From Acidobacteriota bacterium (GTDB taxonomy: Bacteria; Acidobacteriota; UBA6911; RPQK01; JAJDTT01), in the NCBI GenBank assembly GCA_965217775.1, contig CBDCJH010000002.1, forward strand, positions 4,128,001 to 4,192,000: DNA of 64,000 bases, in the 5' to 3' direction. Below are positions 48,169 through 57,906 of the stretch, in pieces. Position 1 is the stretch's first letter. Each line of letters opens with the position of its first letter. The notes under the pieces were generated by a model. The model searched no databases. It saw only the letters and a list, made by a program, of their open reading frames with translations, and had not been told where the DNA came from. Position numbers and translations under genes: made by a program.

Positions 48169-49092
48169 TCAATTCGCCTTCAGCCGGTTGAAGGCCTCCA
48201 TCGCCCGCGCCGCCTTCTCCATCTCATCCCGCTCCTGATAGATCTGCGCCAGGAGGTAGTGCGGCTCGGCCAGGTCCGGGGCCAGCTCCACGCACTTCAA
48301 GGCTGAAGAGACGGCTTTCTCCAGCCGTCCCAGCTCCCGGTAGGTCTTGGCCAGGAGCAGGTGCAGGTGGCTGGGAGGAAGAGCGGTCAGCGTGACGTAG
48401 AGCCGGCGGCTCTTGGCCACCGCCACCGCCCGCCGGTCGCGGCTGTAGAAACCCGTTTCGGCGATTTTCAGGTGTTCCAACGCTTCCTCGGCCTGTCCCT
48501 GTTTCAGCAGCATTTCCGCCAACTCAAGCCTGGCCACGACGTTCTTGGGATAGAGTTCGATCTCGGTACGGAGCTCTTGAATCGTCTCCGTGGGGGCTCC
48601 GTTGTTTCGATGGACCCGGGCCATGTGGTAGTGCAGGGCGGGAAAACTGTAGTCGCTTTCGGCGATGGAATTGAACTCTTCCAGGGCTTGTCCGAGACGG
48701 TTGAGCTCGTGATAGGTCCGGCCCAGATAGAAGCGGGTCATCAGGTTCGTCCCATCCATCTCGACGGCCCGCTTCAACAGGGGCAGGGCTTCTTCCTGCC
48801 CCTGTTGCTGGAGCAGGATCACGGCCAGGTCGAAGTGGTGACCCGGCTGGTCCGGCCCCAGCTCGACGGACCGTCTCAGGCTCGCTTCGGCCTCCGGCAA
48901 CTGTCTCAACTGGGCGAAGATCAGCCCCTGGAGATGATGGCCGGCGGCGTTGTCGGGGTCGTCCGCCAGGAGTTCGTGGGTGATGGCCAGAGCTTCTGGG
49001 TAGTTCCGCTGCTGAAAGGCTCGGACCGCTTCGTCGTAGCTCTGGCCCCAGAGCGTCAGGAAGCCGAGGCCCCAGACGAGTGTCGCAAGCAT
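48169..49092 (-). CDS. Secreted TPR protein
   Basis: Signal-like N-terminus and tandem TPR motifs. Confidence 0.82.
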   Translation of the reverse strand: MLATLVWGLGFLTLWGQSYDEAVRAFQQRNYPEALAITHELLADDPDNAAGHHLQGLIFAQLRQLPEAEASLRRSVELGPDQPGHHFDLAVILLQQQGQEEALPLLKRAVEMDGTNLMTRFYLGRTYHELNRLGQALEEFNSIAESDYSFPALHYHMARVHRNNGAPTETIQELRTEIELYPKNVVARLELAEMLLKQGQAEEALEHLKIAETGFYSRDRRAVAVAKSRRLYVTLTALPPSHLHLLLAKTYRELGRLEKAVSSALKCVELAPDLAEPHYLLAQIYQERDEMEKAARAMEAFNRLKAN

Positions 49093-49307
49093 CCGTTTCG
49101 AGTTCTTGTGAAGCTGCCGTGCGGGACGCCTGGGATCTGAAGCTGGCACCAGCCGAATGGTACAATCCACGCAAACCCCCAACAAGGCCGGCCCGGAGAG
49201 GCCGAACAGCCGGGAACCGCTGGGAGCCTGCGCGGCAGAAATTGATCTACTGCGAAAGCGGTAGAATCGGTCCATATTTCCCCGATTTCTCGGCGAATAG
49301 AACGACT

Positions 49308-51161
49308 ATGCACCTCAAAATCGAGAAAATCTGGCCTCGATTCCCCGCTTTCTCGCTACGATCATTCCTGCCGCGCAGACTCCTCGTGGGAAAGAAGACG
49401 ATTCCTCCCGTCAGAATCCGGCTCGCCGCCTTCCTCTGGCTCGCCTGCTGCCTCTGGCCGTCCGCCTGGGCCCAGGATCTCCCCTCCTTCAGGACGGCGA
49501 CGGAACTGGTTCTGGTGGACTTGGTGGCGACCGACCGGGACGGCAATTTCGTCTGGGATCTGCGTCCCGAAGAGCTGGAAGTGCTGGAAGACGGCAAGCG
49601 CCAGACGGTGACGTTCTTCAACCTGCAGAACCGAGGGGCTCCAGTTCCGGCGAGAGCACCGGAGACACGTGGGTTCCCGGCGCCGAGCGTCAGCAGTGTG
49701 CCAGTTCAGAGGATCGAAGAAGGATACTACGTCTTCCTGATGGACCTGCACAGCATGCCCTTCGATGCACTGGGCCGCAGCAAGGAGGCCGTTCGCGGCT
49801 TCGTCGAGTCACGCCTGGGTCCAAACGACCAGGTGATGCTGGCCACCATTCGCCATCGGCTTCGGATCAATCAGCCCTTTACCCAGGACGTCGAAAAGTT
49901 CAGCCACGCGCTGGCCCGGGTGCCCTTCGAACCTCGATTGGAGGGCAATCTCAGTCGTTTCATGGAGAAGTTGGATGACATCTTCGCCGATATGGGTGCC
50001 CTCGGTGTGGCCAACGATCCTAGCCTGACTCAGGGAAACCCGGAAGAACTGGCCCCACAGATCGAAGGAGCGATCCAGATCGCCGCGGGAGAATCGCGGC
50101 AGTTCCTCTCCCAGATGGAAATCCAGGTGGCGTTCAGTTGCGCCGCCATCGGGGCCCTGGCCCGCCATCTGCGTTCCCTCCCGGGACGCAAACACCTGAT
50201 GCTGATCTCGGCCGGATACCCGCTGAACGCCCGGACCGTCATGAAGAACATCATCCGGGAGCGTGCCGCAGCATTTGCCCCGAACCAGTACCCACAGGTC
50301 CACATGCTCGTGAACAGCAGCATGGCGGGTGCGGGCCGGAGGACCAGCTTCGAGTCCCGGCTGCGGTCCGTCATCGACCAGGCGAATCGATCGCAGGTCT
50401 CGGTCTACAGCATCGATCCCCGGGGACTGATGCCTCCGGCCATTTCCTATGCCGGGACCAGACAATCGGGTAGCCATTTGTACGCATCCCACTCGAATCA
50501 GGACATCACGGCTCCTCAGGATTTTCTCACCACCCTGTCCGCGGGCACCGGTGGACTCTCCTTTCTGAATGACAACGACATGATCCGAGGCATCGGGAAG
50601 GCCTTCGACGACGGGCGCAGCTACTATCTGCTCGGCTACACGCCCCGCACGAAGCGGAAGCCGGGCAAGTTCCACGAGATCCGGGTCAAGCTGGCGCGCA
50701 AGGGCGTCAAGCTCCGTTATCGCAGAGGCTACGTCGACACGGACCCGGAGCAGACGGCGCATGCGGATCTGGCCAACGCCTTCAAGTTTCCCGAACTGTT
50801 CCGGGACTTTCCCTTCCGAGTCCAGGTCTCCAACCAGACGGGCAAGTTGAAGGTCCGCACCTTGATTCCGACGCGTTCTTTCGCTTTTTCGCGCAACGGC
50901 GGGAAAAACCGCTGCGTCATGGAGATGTTCGGTGCGCTGGTCGACGACTCGGGTAAATTGGTGGGTGAAGACTTTCTCTTTTTCAAGCGTCTGGATCTGG
51001 ACCTGGACCGCGAGGGTCTGAATCTGTTTCAGCGCTACCGGAACTTCAGCTCCAGCTCCGAAAAGGACGCCCCCCCCGGAAAGTACGATCTGGTCGTGGT
51101 CCTCCGCCAGAGTCTCTCCGGAAGAATGGCGACCTCCACCAGCAGCGTCGTCGTCCACTGA
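49308..51161 (+). CDS. Acidobacterial VWA-domain protein
   Basis: FRTATELVLVDLVATD, LPGRKHLMLISAG, VYSIDPRGL, TGG, YYLLGYTP, RYRRGY; start uncertain. Confidence 0.88.
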   Translation: MHLKIEKIWPRFPAFSLRSFLPRRLLVGKKTIPPVRIRLAAFLWLACCLWPSAWAQDLPSFRTATELVLVDLVATDRDGNFVWDLRPEELEVLEDGKRQTVTFFNLQNRGAPVPARAPETRGFPAPSVSSVPVQRIEEGYYVFLMDLHSMPFDALGRSKEAVRGFVESRLGPNDQVMLATIRHRLRINQPFTQDVEKFSHALARVPFEPRLEGNLSRFMEKLDDIFADMGALGVANDPSLTQGNPEELAPQIEGAIQIAAGESRQFLSQMEIQVAFSCAAIGALARHLRSLPGRKHLMLISAGYPLNARTVMKNIIRERAAAFAPNQYPQVHMLVNSSMAGAGRRTSFESRLRSVIDQANRSQVSVYSIDPRGLMPPAISYAGTRQSGSHLYASHSNQDITAPQDFLTTLSAGTGGLSFLNDNDMIRGIGKAFDDGRSYYLLGYTPRTKRKPGKFHEIRVKLARKGVKLRYRRGYVDTDPEQTAHADLANAFKFPELFRDFPFRVQVSNQTGKLKVRTLIPTRSFAFSRNGGKNRCVMEMFGALVDDSGKLVGEDFLFFKRLDLDLDREGLNLFQRYRNFSSSSEKDAPPGKYDLVVVLRQSLSGRMATSTSSVVVH

Positions 51162-51265
51162 CCGGGGCCGTAGGGGTAAGAGGGACGAGAACAGACCCGT
51201 CTTCGTGTAAACGTCTCTGATCCCGGATTCTTTCGTCAGATTCGGCATCATCTCAATTATTGCAA

Positions 51266-51294
51266 TTGACTTATCGCCGAATTGGGCCTAAATT
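51266..51294 (+). promoter_or_regulatory. Sigma70-type promoter of the TonB receptor gene
   Basis: TTGACT-17 bp-TAAATT. Confidence 0.5.
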
Positions 51295-51353
51295 CGAACC
51301 CAACTAAAAACTAGCTGCATCCCCAGGCAGTCTACAATTCACGGAGGTCGCAG

Positions 51354-54300
51354 ATGCACCAAGCACCTCGCCTGCATCCCGCCATCCTGTTGCTATCTTT
51401 GGCACTCGTCTTTTGCCTCTCCCTGCCCAACGCGTACGGTCAGTTGACCACCTATGGACAGATCGTAGGGCGCGTCATCGACCAGACGGGAGCCGTGGTC
51501 CCAGGTGTCGAGATCAACGTCACCAACACCGAAACCAACGTCCCCCGATCCACGGTCAGCAACGACACGGGGAACTACCTGGTGGACAAGCTCATCGCCG
51601 GCGTCTACGAGGCCAGGGCGGAGCTGCCCGGGTTCAAGACCCACGTGGCCGAGGTCCGCTTGAACACCGGTCAGGTGGCGCGCCTGGACTTTCTGCTGAG
51701 TCCCGGCGAGATTTCCGAGCAGGTGACCGTCATGGGCCAGACCACGGCGCTGGACACGGACACGGCGGACATCAGCACCACGCTGGACGAGACCCAGATC
51801 ACCGAGTTGCCCATCAACGATCGGAACCTGATCCTGCTGGCGGAGCTCTCCACCGGTTCGGTCAGCGTTCGCTATTCGACCGACCCCCGCTTCGTTCGGG
51901 ACTCGGGCGGTCTTCCCGCAGTCAACGGCCTGCGGCCGGACTCCAGCCAGATCATGCTGGATGGAGCCGGCGCCCAGAGACTCTATGATCAGCGGGCCAC
52001 GGTGAATCCGACGCCGGAGACGGTCAAGCAGTTCAAGGTCATCAGCAACACCTTCTCGGCCGAATACGGCCGCGTCGGGGGCGCCGTGGTGAGCATGACC
52101 AGCCACAGCGGCAGCAACGAGTTTCATGGCTTTGCCTGGGAGTATCTGCGCAACGAAAAATTCGACGCCAACGGCTTTTTCGCCAATCGGACCGGACTGG
52201 GCAAGCTCCCGGTAAGCCGCCATACTTTCGGCGGCGCCGTGGGCGGGCCCATCATCAAGGACAAGACCTTCTTCTACGCCAGCTACGAGCGCTTCATGGA
52301 CGAATCGAACCTGACCGGGTTCATGGACGTTCCGCCGGCCTCCGAGCTGGCGGGGAATTTCGGGCAGGGCGACGGGAAGCAAGGCCTGATTCCCATCTAC
52401 GACCCCTTCAACGTCGTCGACGGCCAGCGGGTCGCATTTCCCAACAACGTCATTCCCTCCAGCCGAATCCACCCCGTTTCCCTGGCGGTCCGGGACAAGG
52501 TGCCCTGGCCGGCTCCCAACCAGACGACCTATCCCAACTACGCCTATCCCCACGTAATCGACCAGGTGAAGAACAAGATCTCGATTCGAGGGGATCACCA
52601 CTTCGGCGATGATTCCACGCTGTTCGGGCGCTGGACTTGGCAGAACGACCCGCAGATCTCCCACGGCTCGGCTTCGGCCGGATCCTTCGGCTTCTTCGTG
52701 GGGCGCGGCAGACTGGGTGTTCCCGGGATGAGGAGCAACGTCTACGAGGTGTTCACGGAACTGGAGACCGGTTGGCAGACCAGCGGCGGCTGGGTCAAGC
52801 CGGTCGGGACCAACCTGGTGAACGAGATCAACTTCACCGGTTGGAAGTCGGACTTCGGCAACAACAGCGCAGACACCGTGGACTGGTTTCAGGAGTTCGG
52901 CTACGACCTGGCGGGGCAGGACGGCATCTTCGCCATCGGCAACAACGGCCAACGCGGTCCCGCCGACCTGCCTTCCATCGGCGTCAGCGGCTACTCCAAC
53001 ATCCAGGGTCAGGGTGAGTTCGACCAGGGCGACTGGGGGTTCAGCATCAAGGAGACGGCCTCCTGGCGCAAGGGCGACCACTACCTGAAATTCGGGATCG
53101 AGACGGTTCGGAACATGAACGTCCGCCTGGGTTGGGTAAGACCCGCGGCTCGAGTCAGCTTCAACGGCTACCAGACGGGGCAGATCACCTATGGACCGGA
53201 CGGAAGCATCAGCGGCTCCACCTTCGGTCAGCCCTACGCCGATTTTCTGCTCGGCACCGTGTCCAGTGCTCAGTCCAGGAACACGGGAGGAGCCGGATAC
53301 GGCCTCGGAAACTGGGGCGGCTATAATCAGTCGGCATACAGTTGGTTCATCAACGACGATTGGAAGGTCATGCCCGATCTCAGCCTGAACCTGGGGTTGC
53401 GGCACGAGATCCCGCTTCCGGAGCACTGGCTGGAGAACAAGGGAAACTGCTTCATCGACCTCACCGGAGGGCGGGACAACCCCATCCACATGGTGCCCAA
53501 GGGTTTCCCCTATGATTCTCCCCTGGTGACGAACGGCCAGCGAGACGCCCTGGTGGTCCCGGTGGTGGAACTGGACAGCCATCGCTGCCGGCCGGTTCCC
53601 TGGCAGGGCTTCGCCCCCAGAGTGGGAATCGCCTGGCGGATGTTCGGCACCAACCGGACGGTTCTCCGCGCCGGCGGCGGCATGTCTTTCGATCAGGAAT
53701 ACGGTGGCTGGAAGGTGGGCGTCGGCTGGGTCGGCCCCTATGTGGGCACGGTCCGCGGCATCCAGGATCGGGGACAGGCTCCCCAGTACATGCATGGGAG
53801 CTTCCTGAACCTGCCCTCCACGGCGTCGGCCAGGGTGCACAGCGACGGCTCCTACTCGTATGACGGCAGCGGCTCCCAGACCGGCCAGGTCTACAGCTAC
53901 AACCTGTCGATCCAGCACGAGCTGTTCGATGACACCAAGGTGGAGATCGCCTACGTGGGCAATCAGGGCCGGCACATGAGAAATCATCGGGCCTGGAACG
54001 TGTCCCAGATCGCCGGGCAGCCGATCATCTTGAACACCGGAGAAACGATCCGGGCCGAGGGAAACCGGGATCAGAGGCGTCCCTATCCGCTGATCGCCAC
54101 CACCCTGCAGATCCGCTTCGACGGGTCGCAGCACTACAACTCACTGCAGGCCAAGATCGAGCGGATGCCGAAGGACGGGCTTGGCATTTCGGCCGGGTGG
54201 ACCTACGGCCGGGTCTTCGCCACCAACTACGCCGGAACCTATATCGCGGTGGTGCCCAACGAGTTCGACCGCACGGGACTCAACACCCGGACCAAGTGGG

Positions 54301-54842
54301 ACCGGCTCCACAGCTACTACACGGCCCTCACTTGGAGACTGCCCATTTTGGGGAACGCCACCGGCCTCACCAAGACGTTGCTGGCAGGTTGGGAGGCCAC
54401 CTCCGTCATTACCGCGGCCACCGGGTCGCCGTTCGGCGTCCGCGTGGGAAGAGACGTGAACGACATCGGTTCCCGGCGCCTGCTGATGCCCGATCGGCTG
54501 GGAACCGGTCAGCTCCCCGAGAGTCAGAGAACGGTGGACCGGTATTACGACGTCGGTGCCTTCGCCATACCGGCCGTGGGACGATTCGGCAACTCCCACA
54601 TGTGGCCGCTGGAAGGAGATGGGATCAGTGTCTTCGACATCGGCCTCCACAAGGCGTTCGCCCTGGGAGAGGACAAGGAGTTGGATTTCCGCGTGGAAAT
54701 GTTCAACGCCTTCAATCATCCCATCTTCGATACGCCCGGGGGCAAGGGTGGACAGGACGCCATCGAGGGCGGCGGGGCTGGACGGGTTTCTTCCGCCTCT
54801 CAACCACGCCGGCTCCAGTTCGCGTTCCGCTTTTCGTTCTGA
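51354..54842 (+). CDS. TonB-dependent receptor (Oar-type, N-terminal carboxypeptidase-regulatory-like domain)
   Basis: GRVIDQTGAVVPG, FSAEYGR, SGSNEFHG, FAPRVG.AW, FRVEMFNAFNHP, terminal RFSF; GGAGG RBS. Confidence 0.95.
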   Translation: MHQAPRLHPAILLLSLALVFCLSLPNAYGQLTTYGQIVGRVIDQTGAVVPGVEINVTNTETNVPRSTVSNDTGNYLVDKLIAGVYEARAELPGFKTHVAEVRLNTGQVARLDFLLSPGEISEQVTVMGQTTALDTDTADISTTLDETQITELPINDRNLILLAELSTGSVSVRYSTDPRFVRDSGGLPAVNGLRPDSSQIMLDGAGAQRLYDQRATVNPTPETVKQFKVISNTFSAEYGRVGGAVVSMTSHSGSNEFHGFAWEYLRNEKFDANGFFANRTGLGKLPVSRHTFGGAVGGPIIKDKTFFYASYERFMDESNLTGFMDVPPASELAGNFGQGDGKQGLIPIYDPFNVVDGQRVAFPNNVIPSSRIHPVSLAVRDKVPWPAPNQTTYPNYAYPHVIDQVKNKISIRGDHHFGDDSTLFGRWTWQNDPQISHGSASAGSFGFFVGRGRLGVPGMRSNVYEVFTELETGWQTSGGWVKPVGTNLVNEINFTGWKSDFGNNSADTVDWFQEFGYDLAGQDGIFAIGNNGQRGPADLPSIGVSGYSNIQGQGEFDQGDWGFSIKETASWRKGDHYLKFGIETVRNMNVRLGWVRPAARVSFNGYQTGQITYGPDGSISGSTFGQPYADFLLGTVSSAQSRNTGGAGYGLGNWGGYNQSAYSWFINDDWKVMPDLSLNLGLRHEIPLPEHWLENKGNCFIDLTGGRDNPIHMVPKGFPYDSPLVTNGQRDALVVPVVELDSHRCRPVPWQGFAPRVGIAWRMFGTNRTVLRAGGGMSFDQEYGGWKVGVGWVGPYVGTVRGIQDRGQAPQYMHGSFLNLPSTASARVHSDGSYSYDGSGSQTGQVYSYNLSIQHELFDDTKVEIAYVGNQGRHMRNHRAWNVSQIAGQPIILNTGETIRAEGNRDQRRPYPLIATTLQIRFDGSQHYNSLQAKIERMPKDGLGISAGWTYGRVFATNYAGTYIAVVPNEFDRTGLNTRTKWDRLHSYYTALTWRLPILGNATGLTKTLLAGWEATSVITAATGSPFGVRVGRDVNDIGSRRLLMPDRLGTGQLPESQRTVDRYYDVGAFAIPAVGRFGNSHMWPLEGDGISVFDIGLHKAFALGEDKELDFRVEMFNAFNHPIFDTPGGKGGQDAIEGGGAGRVSSASQPRRLQFAFRFSF

Positions 54843-54849
54843 CGGAGAG

Positions 54850-54952
54850 AGGAGGGGCGATTTCCAATCGCCCACTCTCCTGTGTTGGAAGTGTAAGGGG
54901 GGACTCCGTCCCCCCAAGACCCCCCTGTGGGCGGCAAGGATGCCGCCGCTCC
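54850..54952. repeat. GGAG-footed REP cluster between convergent genes
   Basis: GGAGGGGCGATTTCCAATCGCCC, GGGGGACTCCGTCCCCC, GGCGGCAAGGATGCCGCCGCTCC. Confidence 0.65.
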
Positions 54953-54976
54953 TGTCCTTTTTCTCGCGGGAATTCG

Positions 54977-56248
54977 CTACTCTCCGGGGCTCGATAGAGA
55001 CTTCATCCTCTCTTCGTGCTCTCGCGCCTGCTTCATCTTGCCCAGCCTGACGTAGACGGCGTGCAGCAGCCGATGGTGCTCCGAGAGGGCCATCGAACCC
55101 TCCTTGTCGGTGGGTAGGCGAGCCAGACGCCGCTCCAGGTCCAAGGCTTTCACGGCCCAGGTTTCCGCCTCACGGAACTGCTGACGGTGGAGACTGGAGA
55201 CGGCCATCAGAAAAGGCCCGATCGGCGCCAGCGGGTTGATCTGCATGATCTTGCGAGCCCGGTTCCTAGCCTCCCGGATCTGGCCTTCTTCCAGCTCCAA
55301 ATCGGCTAGATCGGCAAGGAGGCCGACGCCGCCGGCGCATCGACGGACCGCTTTCCGTAATTCGGAGAGTGCCTCCCCCTTCCTTCCGTCCGCCTTGAGA
55401 CTTCTCCCCAGAAAATTGAGCAGCCGGCAGTCGTTGGGATGGGATCGAGCGTATTCGCTCAGCCGTCCGGCCGCTTCGGAATATGAGCCACGGAGCCAGG
55501 CCAGCCCGCCCCGATACAGGTTCACTTCGGGGTGGCCGACTTGCAGCGTTTCGGCTTTCTCGATCGCCTCCCGGCCCAGGTCGGGGCGGCCCAACTCCAG
55601 GTAGACGCCCGCCAACTCCAGATGCACGGAGGCGGATGCCTGCGCCGAAGAGGCCAAGTTCTGCAGGGTTCGCAACTGCTTCTTCAGATGTTCCCGCTTC
55701 CGGTGGAATCGAAGCACGCCCCGGCCCTCGTCGCGCCGGCCCTGCCGGAGCAGAGCCCGCCCCAGATGGAACAGGGCCGGATCGAATTCGGGATCCGCGT
55801 CCAACACCGCCAGAAATGTCTCTCCGGCTTCCGGATAGCGGCCCTCCTCCAGATCCATTCTCCCCTGGTAATAAAGCGCGGTGGCGTCCCGGGGCCGGTC
55901 TCTGAGGACCTGTTGGAATTCCTTTCGAGCCTCTTCGTGGCGACCTTGGTGAAAACGGACGATACCGACCCGCGATCGGATCCTCCAAGTGTCCTCGAAG
56001 CCGGCCTCTCGGGCTCGATCGAGACTCTCCAAGGCCTCCGTGTAGCGCCCCAGGACCGTCTCGCAGACTCCTTTCGGGTAGTGGAGCCGGGGATCGGCTC
56101 CCCCGCTCCTCAGCAGGACCCCAATATCCTCCAGCGCGCCGAGGTAGTTGTCGTCGCGCATCTTGGCCAAAACGCTTTCAAACGAGACTGGTGCGCCCGA
56201 GGAGGTCAGAGTCTGGAAGAGAAGCAGCAGCGTCGAGACGGTCTTCAC
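54977..56248 (-). CDS. Secreted TPR protein
   Basis: TPR repeats; GTGA overlap with the CRTAC1 stop. Confidence 0.8.
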   Translation of the reverse strand: MKTVSTLLLLFQTLTSSGAPVSFESVLAKMRDDNYLGALEDIGVLLRSGGADPRLHYPKGVCETVLGRYTEALESLDRAREAGFEDTWRIRSRVGIVRFHQGRHEEARKEFQQVLRDRPRDATALYYQGRMDLEEGRYPEAGETFLAVLDADPEFDPALFHLGRALLRQGRRDEGRGVLRFHRKREHLKKQLRTLQNLASSAQASASVHLELAGVYLELGRPDLGREAIEKAETLQVGHPEVNLYRGGLAWLRGSYSEAAGRLSEYARSHPNDCRLLNFLGRSLKADGRKGEALSELRKAVRRCAGGVGLLADLADLELEEGQIREARNRARKIMQINPLAPIGPFLMAVSSLHRQQFREAETWAVKALDLERRLARLPTDKEGSMALSEHHRLLHAVYVRLGKMKQAREHEERMKSLSSPGE

Positions 56249-57906
56249 GGTTCCTGAACAAAAAGAGTCTGGTTCAAAGATTGGGGCGGGGTTACTCCCT
56301 GCTTTTTGCCGCATGGCCAGGAGATCCGTATCGAGCCGATCTTGGTTCTATGCCCCAGACCGAAATGAAGGCGCGGGTCGTTTTGGCTCAGATAGCTGCT
56401 GGCCGACCGAAGCTCTCGAGTCAGTTTCAGGTTGCCGGCTTCAAGAGTCACCCGGGCCCCCACGGCGTCCCGGTTGCAGTGGCTCCCGCGCAGCCGGAAG
56501 CGGACCCAGTTGCCGCTTTCCCGGGTCCGGTTCTCCAGCAGGTCCGCCTTGCCTCCACAGTTGGTCACCAGCAGGTCCAGCTTTCCGTCGTTGTTGAAAT
56601 CCCCCACGGCCGAGCCCCGGGAGACGTTCCGCACCGAAAAATAGCCTCCGGGACCGCCGGCCTCGGTGAACCGTCCCTTCCCGTCGTTCAGGAACAACTG
56701 GTTCGGCTGGCGATACCGGCTGCCCGCATTGGCGCGGGCGGCCTCCTCCAGAACGTGCCCGTTGGCCACGAAGAGATCCAGGTCTCCGTCGTTGTCGGCA
56801 TCGAAGAAGTTGGCGCCGAATCCCAGGGGAACGAAGCTGGGCCCCGAGAGCCCCGAGTCGATGATCCGATCGCTGAAGAATTCCCCGCCCTCGTTCCAAT
56901 AGAGAGCGTTGTATTGGAGCGAGTAGTTGGTGACCAGGACATGGAAGCGCCCCCCACCGTCCAGATCGCCGGCGTCCACCCCCATGCCGGCCTGAGCCAT
57001 GCCGGAGCCGCCCAGGGCGGTGCCCGATTCCAGGGAAACGTCCTGAAAGCTGCCGTCGCCCTGGTTCAAGAACATGTAGTTTCCTGTCGTGTCATTGGCG
57101 ACATACAGGTCCTGATCACCATCCCGATCCAGATCCAGCCAGAGGACTCCAAGGCTCTTGCTGTAGCGAGCGTCCTCCCGCAAGCCGGCGCTCCGGGTGA
57201 CGTCGATGAAGGTGCGTCCTCCCAGGTTCCGGTAGAGGACGTTGCCGACTCCGTCGAAGCCATGGGGATAGCAGTAGATGGGAATCTGCTGGAAGTAGCA
57301 GGGTTCATGGTCCTGAAAGGAGAACTCCACGTAGTTGGCCAGGTAGAGGTCCAACAGCCCGTCCCCGTCGTAGTCGGCGAAGGCGGCGCTGGTCCCCCAT
57401 CGGGAATCGGCGACTCCCGATCGCCTGCTCACGTCCTGGAAGGTGCCGTTGCCCAGGTTTCGGTAGAGCACGTTGGGACCCACGTTGGTGAGGTAGATGT
57501 CCACGTTTCCGTCGTTGTCATAGTCGCCGAATGTGCACCCCATGCCGTACGACGGGTCCCCGACTCCCGCCTCCCCGGTGAGGTCGGAGAAGGTGCCGTC
57601 TTTCCGGTTTCGGTACAGCCGGTTCGGACCTCGGGAATTGACGAGATAGACGTCCATCCAGCCATCGTTGTCGTAGTCCAGAAAACCGCCGCCGGAACCC
57701 ATGGTCTCGATCAGATACTTGGCCGCCGGGTCGGGTTCGGCGACCTGGTTGCGGTGGACGAATTCCAGCCCCGCCTCTCGGCTGACATCGGCGAAGCGGG
57801 GCGTGGTTTCGTCTTTCGCCGGGAGTTGGGCGTGGAGGACCAGAATGAGGACCGGCAATACTCCCTTCGCCGGGGGCAACGTTGCCTGGGTCCGAGACCG
57901 GATCAT
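56245..57906 (-). CDS. CRTAC1-family protein (FG-GAP repeats + ASPIC/UnbV)
   Basis: DYDNDGWMDVY-type repeats, NRDAVGARV, SYLSQNDPRLHFGLG. Confidence 0.93.
   Translation of the reverse strand: MIRSRTQATLPPAKGVLPVLILVLHAQLPAKDETTPRFADVSREAGLEFVHRNQVAEPDPAAKYLIETMGSGGGFLDYDNDGWMDVYLVNSRGPNRLYRNRKDGTFSDLTGEAGVGDPSYGMGCTFGDYDNDGNVDIYLTNVGPNVLYRNLGNGTFQDVSRRSGVADSRWGTSAAFADYDGDGLLDLYLANYVEFSFQDHEPCYFQQIPIYCYPHGFDGVGNVLYRNLGGRTFIDVTRSAGLREDARYSKSLGVLWLDLDRDGDQDLYVANDTTGNYMFLNQGDGSFQDVSLESGTALGGSGMAQAGMGVDAGDLDGGGRFHVLVTNYSLQYNALYWNEGGEFFSDRIIDSGLSGPSFVPLGFGANFFDADNDGDLDLFVANGHVLEEAARANAGSRYRQPNQLFLNDGKGRFTEAGGPGGYFSVRNVSRGSAVGDFNNDGKLDLLVTNCGGKADLLENRTRESGNWVRFRLRGSHCNRDAVGARVTLEAGNLKLTRELRSASSYLSQNDPRLHFGLGHRTKIGSIRISWPCGKKQGVTPPQSLNQTLFVQEP

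Noticed and set aside
51248-51268. Fur-box-like AT-rich stretch before the TonB receptor
   Set aside because: The match to the Fur consensus is too weak.
51393-54134. 913-aa minus-strand ORF (likewise 33284-35353, 27024-28796, 24762-26408, 59272-61176)
   Set aside because: Antisense to well-supported genes. Long shadow frames are expected at high GC, and these show no motifs.
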